Below, piece after piece: positions 39,894-52,400 of a DNA stretch of 60,000 bases. The notes beneath the pieces were generated by a model. The model did no database searches. It had not been told where the DNA came from and saw nothing but the letters and a program-made list of their open reading frames with translations. A program made the position numbers and the translations under genes. Source of the DNA: Amphiscolops sp. MND2022 (Eukaryota); the NCBI GenBank assembly GCA_964187785.1, contig OZ076409.1, positions 15,936,001 through 15,996,000 on the forward strand. The letters run 5' to 3'. Numbering within the stretch: the first letter of the stretch is position 1; every line of letters starts with the position of its first letter.

Positions 39894-40549
39894 AAACTAG
39901 CCGCGAACGGTATAAGTCGGCGACCCGCTTAAGGCTCGAAAATAGCACAAAGACTTCAAAGTGTCAAGTATTCTCTTCCACGGTACCCGAAAAGCCCAGA
40001 CCTAACTGCTGACGCGCTAGTTTTTTGCGCAAAGTCCTCCACTTCGTCCCAATCTTCCATTTAGGGTTAATCAGAATGTAGTAACAAAGGAGGCGCTTGT
40101 TTTCGAACCTTAGTTTCCTTGTTTTCCTCCTTAGTGAAACGCAACTTACTTCGAATATACCGTTCAGAATTCGCATAATATTTCAAAAATGTTGGTGGAA
40201 ATCTATCGAGAATTTCAGACGAAAAATGAGAATTTTGAAAAACAAGTCTCATAGTGCCGAAAAATTCAAAGGGTACAATTGGGGATTTTTAAACATCTAT
40301 TGTTGCAAATATTTTTAAAAATGAGGGGAGACGATGAAAAATTTTCGGAAAAAATCTCAGTGCCGAAAAAATTGAAAGGGGGACCAGTTTAGTTTCGTCC
40401 GGTATGTTACGCTAAGAAAGGAAAAACTATTATATTAAGTTTCATATAGCCCAATTTTGCCCCTTAAAAATGTAGAACTTTTAGTAGAACTATTTTGGTC
40501 AGTTCGTGTGGATTCAAAAAGTCACTAATCATGAAGCGCCGACTAAAAA
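39894..40549 (-). mobile_element. Non-autonomous Helentron/DINE-like element
   Basis: CCG-CGAA-CGG hairpin plus AAGTCGGCG at one end and AGCGCCGACTAAAAA at the other. Confidence 0.65.
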
Positions 40550-41623
40550 TCCGAGAATGATTCAGAAGACACTGATGAAACCTTGCTAGCAAAAGTTCAA
40601 CAAAAAAAATTAAAAAATCGAATCAATTTTTTTAAGTTTTCCTGAAACTTTCATAGTCGTCACTCGCTCATCGTAACATGAAAGGGGTTCCATTGTATGC
40701 CGACACTAAGAGCTTCAACAGATAGTTAGTTTTCAAGATGTGATCAAGTTCTGATTGGATAGTAGGAATAGGATAAAAATCGAAGGAAAATAATTAGAAG
40801 TACATGTATTCTGGAGATTATTCATCCAAAATTAAACAAAATCTGAAGAAATATATTAATCTCAAGATAATTACTTTTTAACTGATAATTAATTAAGTGG
40901 GAACAAAACTGAAGAAAACAACTGAAGAAAGGCTCAGCAGCACTAAATTGTAAAGCTAACCAAAAACGTTTTCCGCCGAAAATGGTTAATAAGTAACTTT
41001 ACTCGAAACCTGACCACTTGAAGCATCATACACATGAGCGTTTCATTAAGGTTCGTTGAAAAATAAAGGAAAAATTTGAACTAAGCCCGCTTATCTCAGC
41101 ACCCTCCTTAAAGCACCGATACCAAAATTATCTCCAAAAATAGCTCGGAACTTTTCCTTTCCCTCCCACACGCGAAGGATTACGTGAAAATATTGAAAAA
41201 CTGCTATGAATTAGTAGCGGATTGTATGAATTCATGTGACGTCATCAAAGAATGTGAATTAGAAAGTAATTTAGGAATTCTTAAAAAGGTGTTTTTAGTA
41301 CAACTCATTGGACAAAAATTTAGTTTTTGTAACGCGTGTGTGTGTGGGAAGGAAAAAGGTAATTGCCCTTAATTGCCTTAGAAGGTAACAGCTTCAGAAA
41401 CATTTAAAAAATCAGTAAAATTTTCAGCGTTTTTTCCGGAAAGACCAAATGAGACTAATGTAATTATTAGAAATAAAAACGACATAAACCAAGATATCGA
41501 TAATTCTAGTAACATTATTAGGCAATAAAATTGGGATATTTCCTAGCAAACTAAGGATACGCCCATAAGGTAACAACATAGTAAAATGTGGACATGAGCA
41601 TTAAGGAAACACAGTAAAGTGAG

Positions 41624-41847
41624 TCAATCAATTAAAGAAGTTTGCTTCAAGAAGTGAGAGAGAAACGTGACAACAGTTAGGTACAGGCCGAAGAGCGATA
41701 ATAAATATTGCGTCATTGATAAGCTGTGTGTGCTGTCTGTTATCAAAGGGTACAGCCACAAGCCCCGCCGTAGAGCGTCCCGCAGGTGATGAGTAATCCA
41801 GGAATTCAACAGACAAGTGGCCACCAGTAGCGATATTCGCTCATTCC
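41624..41847 (-). CDS. TMEM267: TMEM267-like exon 3 (stop)
   Basis: NSWITHHLRDALRRGLWLYP matches the TMEM267 SWxSHHxRDxxRxGLW motif. Acceptor GAACAG at 41849-41848. Confidence 0.85.
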
Positions 41848-43265
41848 CTGTTCCAGACATGCGCAAATACTACATTTAGTCCCAGCTTTAATTTCATACT
41901 TTCTCTAAACTGCTCTAATGTTCGGAATTAATTACTTTCTAACGAAAAAAAAATGAGCATAAATTGACCAGTGGCGGTTGAAAACGAAAAAATTAGCTGA
42001 CTGACAGCAGAGTCCCATCGTTGAAACGTTCCACGCAGTTTTATAGCCATTAAAATATTTTAACCCTAACTGACCCGCGCACGTTTGCAAATTTTCGAAA
42101 AATTGGATCAAAATTTTTCAATTGTTAATATGTCTACAACTATAAATACCAAACAAATGAGCTAGAGCGCTTTTGTAACGTCTGATACTGGGCTTTCATT
42201 TTGGTTTCTGCGCTCCTGTAGCCGGTGCCCTATTCTTCAGAATTTTAGTTTTTTCCGGTACGGCCGCTTCTCTGCCATTGCTCACTTCGTGCAGCCTGCT
42301 GCGCGGTGACTTCTAATAACAACAGCATATTTCTGGCTTTGTAGCACAAGGTTTAGTTGTAAAAGGATTTGGAGTTACCTTTCTTTATGGGTGGAAAATA
42401 AAAAAGAAAATTGGATGTTGCCAAAAAGATATTTGGAAAAGTATAAACATTTTTTGCTTTTTTGCAAGAAGAACCCTATTTTCTTAGCTTTGCAGAAAAA
42501 TTCTTTTTTGCTAATGCCTGTGCCGTTCAAACCAAACAAATTGTTACCTAAAAACGAAGCTAAAGAGTATGGGCTACTGGCAAAACGAGTCAGGAGCTGA
42601 AAAAAAGGTCGGGTACTTTAAAGTACCGCTAGGTTATTTAGGATTAACCCGTGCCCTTTGGAAAAACAAGCCGGGAACGGCATAAATCGTAATGCCCTCT
42701 TAATGCTCAAAGTACCCCGACGCCTTAAATAGTTTTTGAATAGTTCTGAATCTCCAACAAGGACAAAAATTGTAAGGAACCGTTTCTTGTTGGGTAGAAA
42801 AAGTAAAATCATCAGTTAGCCTCAAAAAAGGCCGAAGAATAGGAAAGCCTAGAGTTTCAGTTTTTATATCCGAAGTAATTGTTATATTCGTTATATTAGA
42901 AACTGGAATTAGTTCAATTTGAAAAATTGAACACCCCGGCATTGGTTCGATTCGGATCCCTAATTTCCACCAGGCAGGACGCAAAAAAAACGAAGAAACC
43001 ATATTTCGGAATTTACGACATATCCGGAATTTATCACCGTATAAACGATACAAAAAAATCCGAAAACAGTAACTGCAATTAGTTTGATCAAGTTTTAAAA
43101 GATGAACACCCTGACGTTTGATGGATTTGTACCAACTCCTGCCTATCAAGACGCAAGAAAACGAGAGAGGCGTACTTTTGGCGTTATAACAGGATTATAT
43201 CACTTTATAAATACGTTATAGCCGGAAACGCTATTCCTATAGTTCAAAATGGAAACAAATAGTAT

Positions 43266-43338
43266 TGGACCTGTGCAGGATTCGACCCCACGTCCTGCTG
43301 ATTCTCCGGCTAACGATGTAACCACTAGGGCATCGGGC
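43266..43338 (-). mobile_element. tRNA-derived SINE-like head or tRNA pseudogene
   Basis: Minus strand reads CCTAGTGGTTA (A-box) ... GGGTCGAATCC (B-box) at tRNA spacing; stems are imperfect. Confidence 0.45.
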
Positions 43339-43949
43339 TTCACTCTAAGGCAATTTGGCCTTCGGCACAAAATGGTCACTTCAACCGAAATGAAGAAAAA
43401 CACGACGAAAGACCACTATAATATACGTGGTTTATTTCATAAGGCATCGAATAAAAATGTGATAAGCGAGACTGGCGATTCCTTCAACAGGACGATTGCT
43501 AAGAAACAATATTTAAAAGGTGAATTGAATTACCTTGAATTTGAGTCAGCGATGAATTTAACACTGAACGATTTGAATTGAAGAAATTCACGAATCGTTC
43601 TGCATAATTATGGCACGGTCACAAACAAAGCTAGCATTGGGCTGAAGTTTATTTTCGGTCGTGTTTGTGACCAAAACCTGGTCTGTCAGCTCAATTTTCA
43701 TAAAGATCGCTCAAGAAAAATTGAGGTGTAGTAGTTATACTATTTTGATGTCAGAATGTATCAGAAATGATAATGCCTGAGAGGTTCAACTTGCTGTCCA
43801 ATTAATAGTGGACTAGATTTGTTGCACTCGTGACAACCCTTTTCAGCAGCAAGTTCGATTGGTTTGAGGCGACAAAAATGTATAATTATTTCAACCCAAA
43901 GCAAAGCTTCAAACAGCATTTTCCAGCATGTTCTTTGCTTGAGTCGGAA

Positions 43950-44192
43950 TAAACAAGTCGGTGCCAAAAAATGTAAAAGAGGGAACACTTTGGGATTTTT
44001 AAAAATCGATTCTGTTGCAAAATATCAAAAAAAATCGAAGGGGAGACAATTTAGTTTATTAAAACATCGAAAGGTGGAACCGTCCTGTTTTGTATGTCAC
44101 GCTGAAAAAAAGAACAACTAGTATAATTCAGATCTCTGGGCCAATTGGGCAAAGTTTTCTGGGCCAAAACTTCATGAAGCGCCGACTAAAAA
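43950..44192 (-). mobile_element. Short Helentron/DINE-like element
   Basis: AAGTCGGTGC ... ATGAAGCGCCGACTAAAAA; the interior resembles the other copies. Confidence 0.55.
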
Positions 44193-44470
44193 TGAATTCT
44201 CATCGGCAGATCCAACCATTTCCAAATTTGACGATTCAATTCGAGGACGGCCTACTAAACATTAGCACATCTTTAGTTTCGACCAAGCAGAACTAAACAG
44301 GCGAATAGTACAAATTAGTGAACTTCTACCGCCAACAAAGAGAAAGGCAATAAATATATTTGAAAAAACAACTGAAATTTACTGAGGAACAGAAGAAATT
44401 ACAGCAATGTAAAGTTGAATATCATACAAATCAGGGGCCAAAGCCGACAAAAGTCCATTTTTGCGCATGC

Positions 44471-44638
44471 CTGTTGTGATCCATTTAACTGAGAGATATG
44501 TAAGAATTGCGATAGTGAACACCAGTGGAGTGTTATGAAGAAATGGTCTTTTGCTGAGAGACGTGGCTGCTCCCAGACTGAAAGAACGGGCAGCCAAGAA
44601 ATGGTCCAGGTCCAAAATTGAGCCCAACACAAGGGCGA
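44471..44638 (-). CDS. TMEM267: TMEM267-like exon 2
   Basis: ALVLGSILDLDHFLAARSFSLGAATSLSKRPFLHNT matches the TMEM267 IDxDHF...RPFLH motif. CAG acceptor with CTAAC upstream; inferred GC donor at 44470. Confidence 0.87.
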
Positions 44639-45306
44639 CTGTGAGCGCACGTTTCGGTTAGTTCATTTTTCAAGTATCAAAGAACAAATTATCGTCAACT
44701 CTTTAGCAAGCTTTGGAAAAAACAGGGCAGTTCTAAAAAGGTGTGCACTTTTTTTAGCAACTGATGCTTTAATTCGAGTTTCAGAAAATCTGATTCAACT
44801 TCAAATTTTCTTTTCAAAACTCTCCGAGTTCAATCTGCTTCAAAAAACTTCGGACAGAATTGACTAAGCAGCAACGTGATCAAACTCTGATCCATTACAT
44901 TTCAGTTATATAACGGTTTCATTGAGAACAGCAGATTGACAGTTTAATTTAGAACATCTTTTCTTCGCAAAATTACTCTTTCTCATGTTGAAATGCCACA
45001 AAACATTAAGCTTGGAAATCAGAAAATTGCACAGAATCGCACAGAAAACTCCATTTTATATCTCACTATATGTCAATTCTAACGATTTGGGATATACTTT
45101 TTCGCAATAAAAATGCCGATCACAATCTAGAGTAATCAAGAACTTTCTCATTCCACAGAAACTAGAAGGGTACAAGAATTCAAAAATAGACCACAACCGA
45201 AAACTAAATGTTTCCGAGAAAATTACCGTTGAGCGAAGGAAAAATGTTTCTAATGAGGAACTTACCATTTCTACAGCTTCAAACAGTTTCTTACCTCCCT
45301 GCAACA

Positions 45307-45326
45307 ATGACTATGCCAGCGTCGTA
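45307..45326 (+). CDS. Calmodulin-like EF-hand protein, putative exon 1
   Basis: ATG ACT ATG CCA GCG TCG TA|GTAAGT. The phase 2 donor matches the acceptor at 54124. The start codon is uncertain. Confidence 0.55.
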
Positions 45327-45352
45327 GTAAGTAACATTCAAAAAACCAACCA

Positions 45353-46409
45353 TGTTGGCGCCAGAGATTGAGAAACCAACTTGAACATATTAGCTGGAAA
45401 TCTTGAGTTACAAAACTTTGTAAAACACTCGAAACTCATAACCATAATTCACTAACCTGTGCTGTTGTGAATATTTGAAGTCAAATGATTAATTTGGTAA
45501 TGGCGCTTAATGTTTGTACCGAAGTTCATTGTACTTTGACTCTATTCGAACGAGAGCGGTGGCGTGATTTGAGTCAAATGTTATCTATCCTACCTATCGG
45601 TCAAATTGCCGTTCATATTGCAGTTTCATTGATAGATTTACCTCTTTATGGAAAATTTTGGAAGGAATTTCCAAATTAGAGGTGTGAGAGGTCCGAAAAA
45701 CGTGATGGAAAAAGTGATCTTATGTAATTTTGTTATTTGAATATCCTGTGATTTTAAAGGTTATCAACTGTACATCCGCTGAGTAGAGTATAAATTTGAC
45801 CAATTTTGATACCATATTCAGAACGCTAATTAAAATATTCTTGAAACTTAAATGTCTTTGACAGCTGTTGAGTAGCTACCCCGGTTCCGGTTTAGACAGG
45901 TTGTGACTGGGAGGGTAGCATTGCACTACTCAACGATCGAAAAAATAAACGATCAGCTGTTTTAGGAGTCCAAATCAATCAGAAAAGTACTCTTGAAATA
46001 GCTTCATTAGGCGTAGTAGGTCTAAGATCTAGGAAAGCGTTCTATTATCGCTCATCGTAGTAGCGAGATTAAAAGCTCATCGTAAGAGCTATTCAATTGA
46101 AACGACAACCCTCTTTGGAGGCTTGGGTGGAAACAATCCGTTGAGGACGATCAGTTGCTGTGGTTGAGCGTACGACCTCCGGACAACAAGAGGTGAAGCA
46201 GATTTCCAGTCAAAAGAGGGATTGGGATCGAAGTGTTGCTTAGCCTGAAGAGTCTGGTGTTGAGGAGCACGAAGCCGCTAGCAGCTGAGAACTCATTGAA
46301 CAGATACAGTCCTTTAGAAAGTTTGTTCCTGCTTTTGGCCGAAGAAGTGGGAAGGATCAGGGACCGGCAGAAAGCTCAATTCCGCTGTAAGATTTGAGCG
46401 GCCGTTACA
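45353..46409 (+). repeat. 5' LTR (1057 bp)
   Basis: TGTTGGCG...CCGTTACA; matches 52881-53936 apart from one A in a homopolymer. Confidence 0.97.
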
Positions 46410-46428
46410 TTTGGTCCGCCGACCCGGA
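46410..46428 (+). promoter_or_regulatory. Primer-binding site, probably tRNA-Tyr
   Basis: TTTGGTCCGCCGACCCGGA directly after the LTR; it resembles the tRNA-Tyr-type PBS TGGTCCTTCGAGCCGGA of Bel/Pao elements. Confidence 0.75.
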
Positions 46429-46470
46429 CACTATTTGATTCGGAAATTGGATTGGAAATCGAGAAAGAAG

Positions 46471-49400
46471 ATGGCTTCGAACGTAATACCGGAGCTCGAT
46501 ATAACATGGTTCAAGGACGACAAAAGGTTGAAGGACCTGAAGAAGTCAGGTGATCTTGCCAAATGGAAAGCTGGCGTTGATGCCCTAGATAATAGCTTCA
46601 AAAACTTGAATGTGATTGTCTCAACAGATGAATTCAGCAAGAAAACTGACTGGACTCCAGATACCAAACTGGTCGTCTTGGGGAAATTCTACAGTGAATT
46701 CTCAACTGAAAAGCAGAAGTTCATGGACTTGGTGACCTCGATCACATCAATGTTGAAAACAAAGGCACTTGAAGAGCTTTTAGCTCATCAAAAACGAATT
46801 CTTTTCGGATTGGACAAAGCAGTGGAGCTATGGACGACAAACAACGCTGCCCTCAAATGGATTGTCAAGAAATCAGAGCTCCTCATAACCAAAGCATCTA
46901 TTGTGGAATATGGGAAGTTGGAAGACAAACAACGAGACATTCTTCAATCCCAAGCGGAGTTGAAACGAGAGATAAATGCTTTGATCGGACAAAAGGACAG
47001 AGTGTCAAAGATACGTCAACTCCTTCAACGGTTTACTCATAGACTAGAGGAACATAGAAAGCTTCAACAGCAGAAGCGGCAACTCATCAAACCTCTTTTG
47101 CTCACTTTACAAATCGAGGAAGCTGATGAGCGTGCGCAGGAGAAAGATCTACTTGGCTGGCTGAGCTACCTGAACGAACGCGAGGAGCAAAATGCCAGAG
47201 ATAAACAAAGTCAAATGGTTCATCAAAATTTCGACTTACCGGTGGCATCGAGGGAAGGCGAAGAACGCGTCCAAAATGTGGAGACAACAATGATACTGTC
47301 AGACAATGAAAATGAAGACGCTGAGCGCGTTGCCGGGCAAGGAAATGCTGGAGCCATTGGAGGAACTCCAGCAGCGGACGTTCCCACGGAGGAACCTAAC
47401 CCTAATGTAGGGGCAGCTGAAGTCAGCGTTGTATCCCCTCAAAAGGCATTCCCGATCACAGAAGAGCCAAAGGATATCATGGGCAGCGCTAGAAAACAAT
47501 TGGGATCAATTCCTTCGTCTCGATCGTCTCGGAGACGTGTGGAACTTGAAGCACAAATCTTCGAAGAACAAACAGAAGCTGAGATCAGAAAGAAGCAGCA
47601 GGAGATTGAGTTGAAACGGAAGCAACGAGAGATGGAATTGGCAATAGCAAAGGAGGAACTAGAATTGGAAGAGATGACCCGCAAGAAACAGCTTCATCTG
47701 AAAATGAAGAAGTTGGAAATAATGGAGCGAGCATCATCGAGATCTAGCATTTGCAGCATGGATCATTCTGAGACTGAGAAAGCCGCGACTACAAAAGATT
47801 GGTTGGAGTCGTCGAGGAACCTTTTCAATCACTCGAACGAGGACCAAAGACAACCGAACCTATATGTGAAGAGTGAAGAACAAGGCACATCATACGACTT
47901 CAATGACGACCAAGAGTATGTTTCAAAGGACCCATCGTTGCCCGGAAAACAAACAGACGTCAAAAGGAAAACGATTAAGTTCAACCCTGAGAGGATGTTT
48001 GTACCTCAGACAATCTCAACGCCCGCTGCGAGCAACAGCCCATTAAAACAATGGCAACGTAATCAACCGTTGGCAACAACATCATTCGGAGCTCTTCCAG
48101 CAGTAATGCCACCAATGAAACTACCGAAACTGGTTTTGGACAAGTTCGCTGGAGATCCTCTCGAGTGGCCTGAGTGGTCTGGGCAGTTTCTAGCAACTGT
48201 GGATCAAGCTGGAGTACCGGACAGTGTCAAGATGAACTACTTGAAAACTCTTGTAACGGGAAGAGCGAAATCATCAATAGACGGCATGGGCTACTCTGGT
48301 GGCATGTATCAAGTGGCTTGGCAAACACTTGAGCAAGATTTCGGTCGACCAGAACTTGTTGTCAATGCACAACTGAAGAGGATCCACTCTTACGGATTCA
48401 TCAAATCTCACGATTCAGTGGACATCATAAAGTATTCGCAAGTGGTTTCTGGATGTGTCAATGTCCTCACTCAGTATGGGTATGAAAGTGACATTGCTTC
48501 GGAGTCAGTGCTTAACAGTGCAGTAAGGAAACTACCAATCGAGCTCAAAAATAAATGGCTCTCTCACCTGCAACGATTCGACCCGACATACAAGAGCTTG
48601 AGGGTGTTCAGCGCCTGGTTGAAAAACATTGCTCAGGTACAAGAGAACATCCGCTTACAGTTCGGAAATGCAGGTGACAAGACGAAATCAACAACAAACA
48701 AAGACAAACCGAAGACAACCAGTTTTGCTGCTTCGACGGACTCCTCCACCAAAGGCAAACCCTCGTGTCCATTGAAAGACGGGGAACACAAGTTGTGGCA
48801 ATGTGAATTGTTCAAAAATATGAAACTAGCTGAACGATACGAAACGGTGAAGAAATACAACTTGTGCTTTTCTTGTCTCAGTTCCGGTCATCGCATTGGA
48901 CAATGCAAAAGCAACAGACTTTGTGGCAAGAATGGGTGCGGTAAACACCACAATCGCCTGTTGCACAGTGAAGAGAAACCAGATAGCAGTAAAATGGAAT
49001 CGAAAGGAGCGGATGGTGAGCAACCGAATCCAGTAGCCATCGCGAACTCATGCAGTGGGAGTCTGCAGATTGTGGCTTTGAGATTGTCACATGGAAACAA
49101 ATCGTGTGACACTTTGGCTATTTGTGACACGGGTTCTACGCTATCCTTCGTTGACGCAACACTGAAGAAAGAACTTCAAGCACAAGGTACTGGCTTGACT
49201 CTCAACATTGCAGGGATCAATGGCACGAAACAAATGCAAAGCGAGAAAGTGAAATTGGAAATCACAACTCCTACAGCTCGAGAAACTGTTTTGTTTCATG
49301 TGCATCCAAGCATGTTTCTGGGGAACAAGTCTTACGATTATCACTCTATCAAACAGAAATACAAACATCTAGATGTCCTACCAAATGCAGTGTTCGATTT

Positions 49401-52400
49401 GAGCAAAGTCAAGGTGGTTCTTGGGCAAGATAACTACCATTTGCTCTATCCAGTGGAATACAAGAAGGGACACAAAAATGAACCATGGGCGGTCAGAAAT
49501 AAACTGGGATGGACGCTCAGTGGCCCGCTTCCGAAACATGAAGTGGCCAATGTTGCATCAGCTACGAGTCATCTGGCATCAGAAGATAGTGAACTGAGCG
49601 TACAGCTAAAGTCCTGGTTCAGTATGGAATCATACGCGACGAGGGTGAACGTCAGCGGACGGTCAAAGGACGATAAAAGAGCTTTGGCGCAGTTGGAACA
49701 AACAACTAAATTGGTCGATGGTAGATATGAAGTCGGCCTACCATGGGCAGAAGATAACCCGAAGATCGAAAACAACTACTTCTCAGCGCATTCACAATTT
49801 TGCTCTTTGGAAAGACGCTTGGAAAAGGATCTTTCATTGAAAGCTAGATATCGAGACACAATTAAAGTAGATCTGGAGAATGAATATGTCAGGAAACTGG
49901 ATGAAGAAGAACTTGGAGAAACGAAGGATGAGACTCAGTGGTACGTGCCTCACCATCCCGTGATAAACCCTCACAAACCAGAGAAAGTCCGAAGGGTTTG
50001 CAATGCTGCAGCGAAATTTCGAGGAACTTCTCTGAACGATATGCTTCTCACGGGACCTGACCTCCTTCAAAACTTGGTGGGAATCATCTTCAGGTTCCGG
50101 GAGCATCCAATTGCCCTTACAGCTGACATAGAAGCGATGTTCTTGCAAGTTAAAGTGCCACCGCAAGACTGCAAGGTGTTACGTTTCTTATGGAGGAATA
50201 ACCCGAGTGATCCGATCTCCGTGTATGAATACACCCGGCATATTTTTGGAGCAAAGAGTAGCCCAACTTGTGCTAATTTTGCGCTGCAGAGAAATGCGAA
50301 GGACAACGAAAAGGACCACCCCATGGCGGCAAAAATCATCCAAAGGAACTTCTACATGGACGACTTTGCAAAATCAGTAGAGACTGAAGAAGAAGCACGT
50401 TTTGTGTACCAAGACGTGAGAGAGACATTGAGGCTCGGAGGTTTTAACTTGTTGAAATGGATCTGCAACAGTGAAGCTGTATGTAATTCGATACCTGAAA
50501 AAGATCGATCAGACGCAGTCAATAAGACCTTTGAGGCAGAGCCGCATACCTCTTCGCTTTTGGGACTTCAATGGAAAGTAGAAGCAGACGAACTTGAAGT
50601 TTGCCGTGGAGCTGACAAAGAAGTGCCAGTGAAAATCACTCAGAGAGCAGTACTCTCTTTCGTAGCCTCTGTCTTCGACCCACTTGGACTATTTGCACCA
50701 TTCACAATGAGAATGAGGATGTTGCTGAAGACGATCTGGGCGAAGACAGGTCAACAATGGGATCAAGAAATTGACATTGATGATCAGACAGTTTTCCTAA
50801 CATGGGCTAACGAGTTGAATCAATTGCCAAGTTCTCCACTGAGACGCAGATACTTCATGAGCCAGTTTGATAAAGTGGACTTGCACATCTTTTCAGACGC
50901 CTCTTTGGAATCCATGTGCATTGTTGCGTACATAAGGGCTCTTACACCAAGCGGAACAGAAGTTTCATTCGTGACGGGAAAGTGCCGAATAGCCCCAATG
51001 AAACAACAAACTATACCCAAGCTGGAGCTGCAAGCAGCATTGTACTCGGTGAGACTTAGGCAGCTGATAGAGAAGGAACACGACATCAAAATGGATTCAG
51101 TGACCCATTGGACGGATTCAATGACAGTGCTGAGGTGGCTTCATGCAGCACATAAGAAACAACAGGTGTTCGTCGCTAACAGAGTCGGGGAAATACTTGA
51201 TCAATCAACTGTAGACGAGTGGCGACATGTGAAAGGCTCCATGAACCCTGCGGATATTGGAACTCGAGGTGTCACTCTTGAGCAGTTGAGAGAAAGTGAG
51301 TGGCTACACGGGCCGGCCTGGTTGCAAGATGAACCGGAGAACTGGCCAGAGCAGCAGTTAGTCGAACACGAGGACGAACAAACATGGACTATAGCTTCCA
51401 GAGAGAGTATTCTTGATTGGACTAGATTCAGCCAATTCAAGCGATTACTCAATATGCTTGTCTACTGTCGAAGAATCAAAAACAAAAGAAGAGGACCCTT
51501 GATGCCCGATGAGCTGAATTCAGCAGAATTGACGATCCTGCAACTCTCACAGCGGGAGAGCTACCCTGAGCTGTATGAAAAGCTCATCAAAAGTAGTGGA
51601 AAGCCTGCCAAGAATGACTTGGCTAAATTGTGTCCATTTCTAGACAAGCAGGGCACAATTAGACTGAAAGGACGGCTGAACAAGTCAATGCTTCCTGATG
51701 AGACGAAGCATCCAATTCTTCTTTCAGCTAAACACCCTGCGATTGTTCTTCTCGTGAGACAAGCTCACGTGGACAATCATCATGAAGGAACTGAGCATGT
51801 CAGAAACATACTCCAGCAACAATACTGGATAACTGGACTCAGAAACGCTTTGAGACGCATCAAGTACAGCTGTGTACAATGTCGGAAAGCTGCTTCACAA
51901 CCTTTTCAACCTCACATGGCAGACTTGCCTAAGGAGCGAGTGCAGCAGAACGTGTACCCTTTCAGCAACACAGGGGTCGACTACTTTGGACCCTTCGAAG
52001 TGACATTCTTCAGGAAGACAGTCAAGTACTGGTGTTGTCTCTTCACTTGTCTAGTCACTAGAGCAGTTCACATCGAAGTCGTGAACGGCTTGGACACAGA
52101 CGCGTGCATGATGGCAATCACGCGATTCATGGCAAGGAGAGGCAAGCCATTGAAAATCATCAGTGACAATGGCACTAACTTTGTTGGAGCTGCACGGGAG
52201 TTCAAAGAATGCTTCAGTGAATGGAATCAAGATGCTATTTCGGAAAATCTTGCAAAGCAGCGCGTCGTTTGGCAATTCAATCCCCCCGGAGCGCCACATT
52301 TCGGTGGTATATGGGAGCGACTTGTGAGAAGTTGCAAAAAGTCTATGATTGCTATCTTGGGAAGTCGACGCTTGACTCTACCAGTACTCACCACAACGAT

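Noticed and set aside
46411..46470. ORF-track start at TTG 46411 for Gag-Pol
   Set aside because: It overlaps the PBS; the first ATG at 46471 is the more plausible start.
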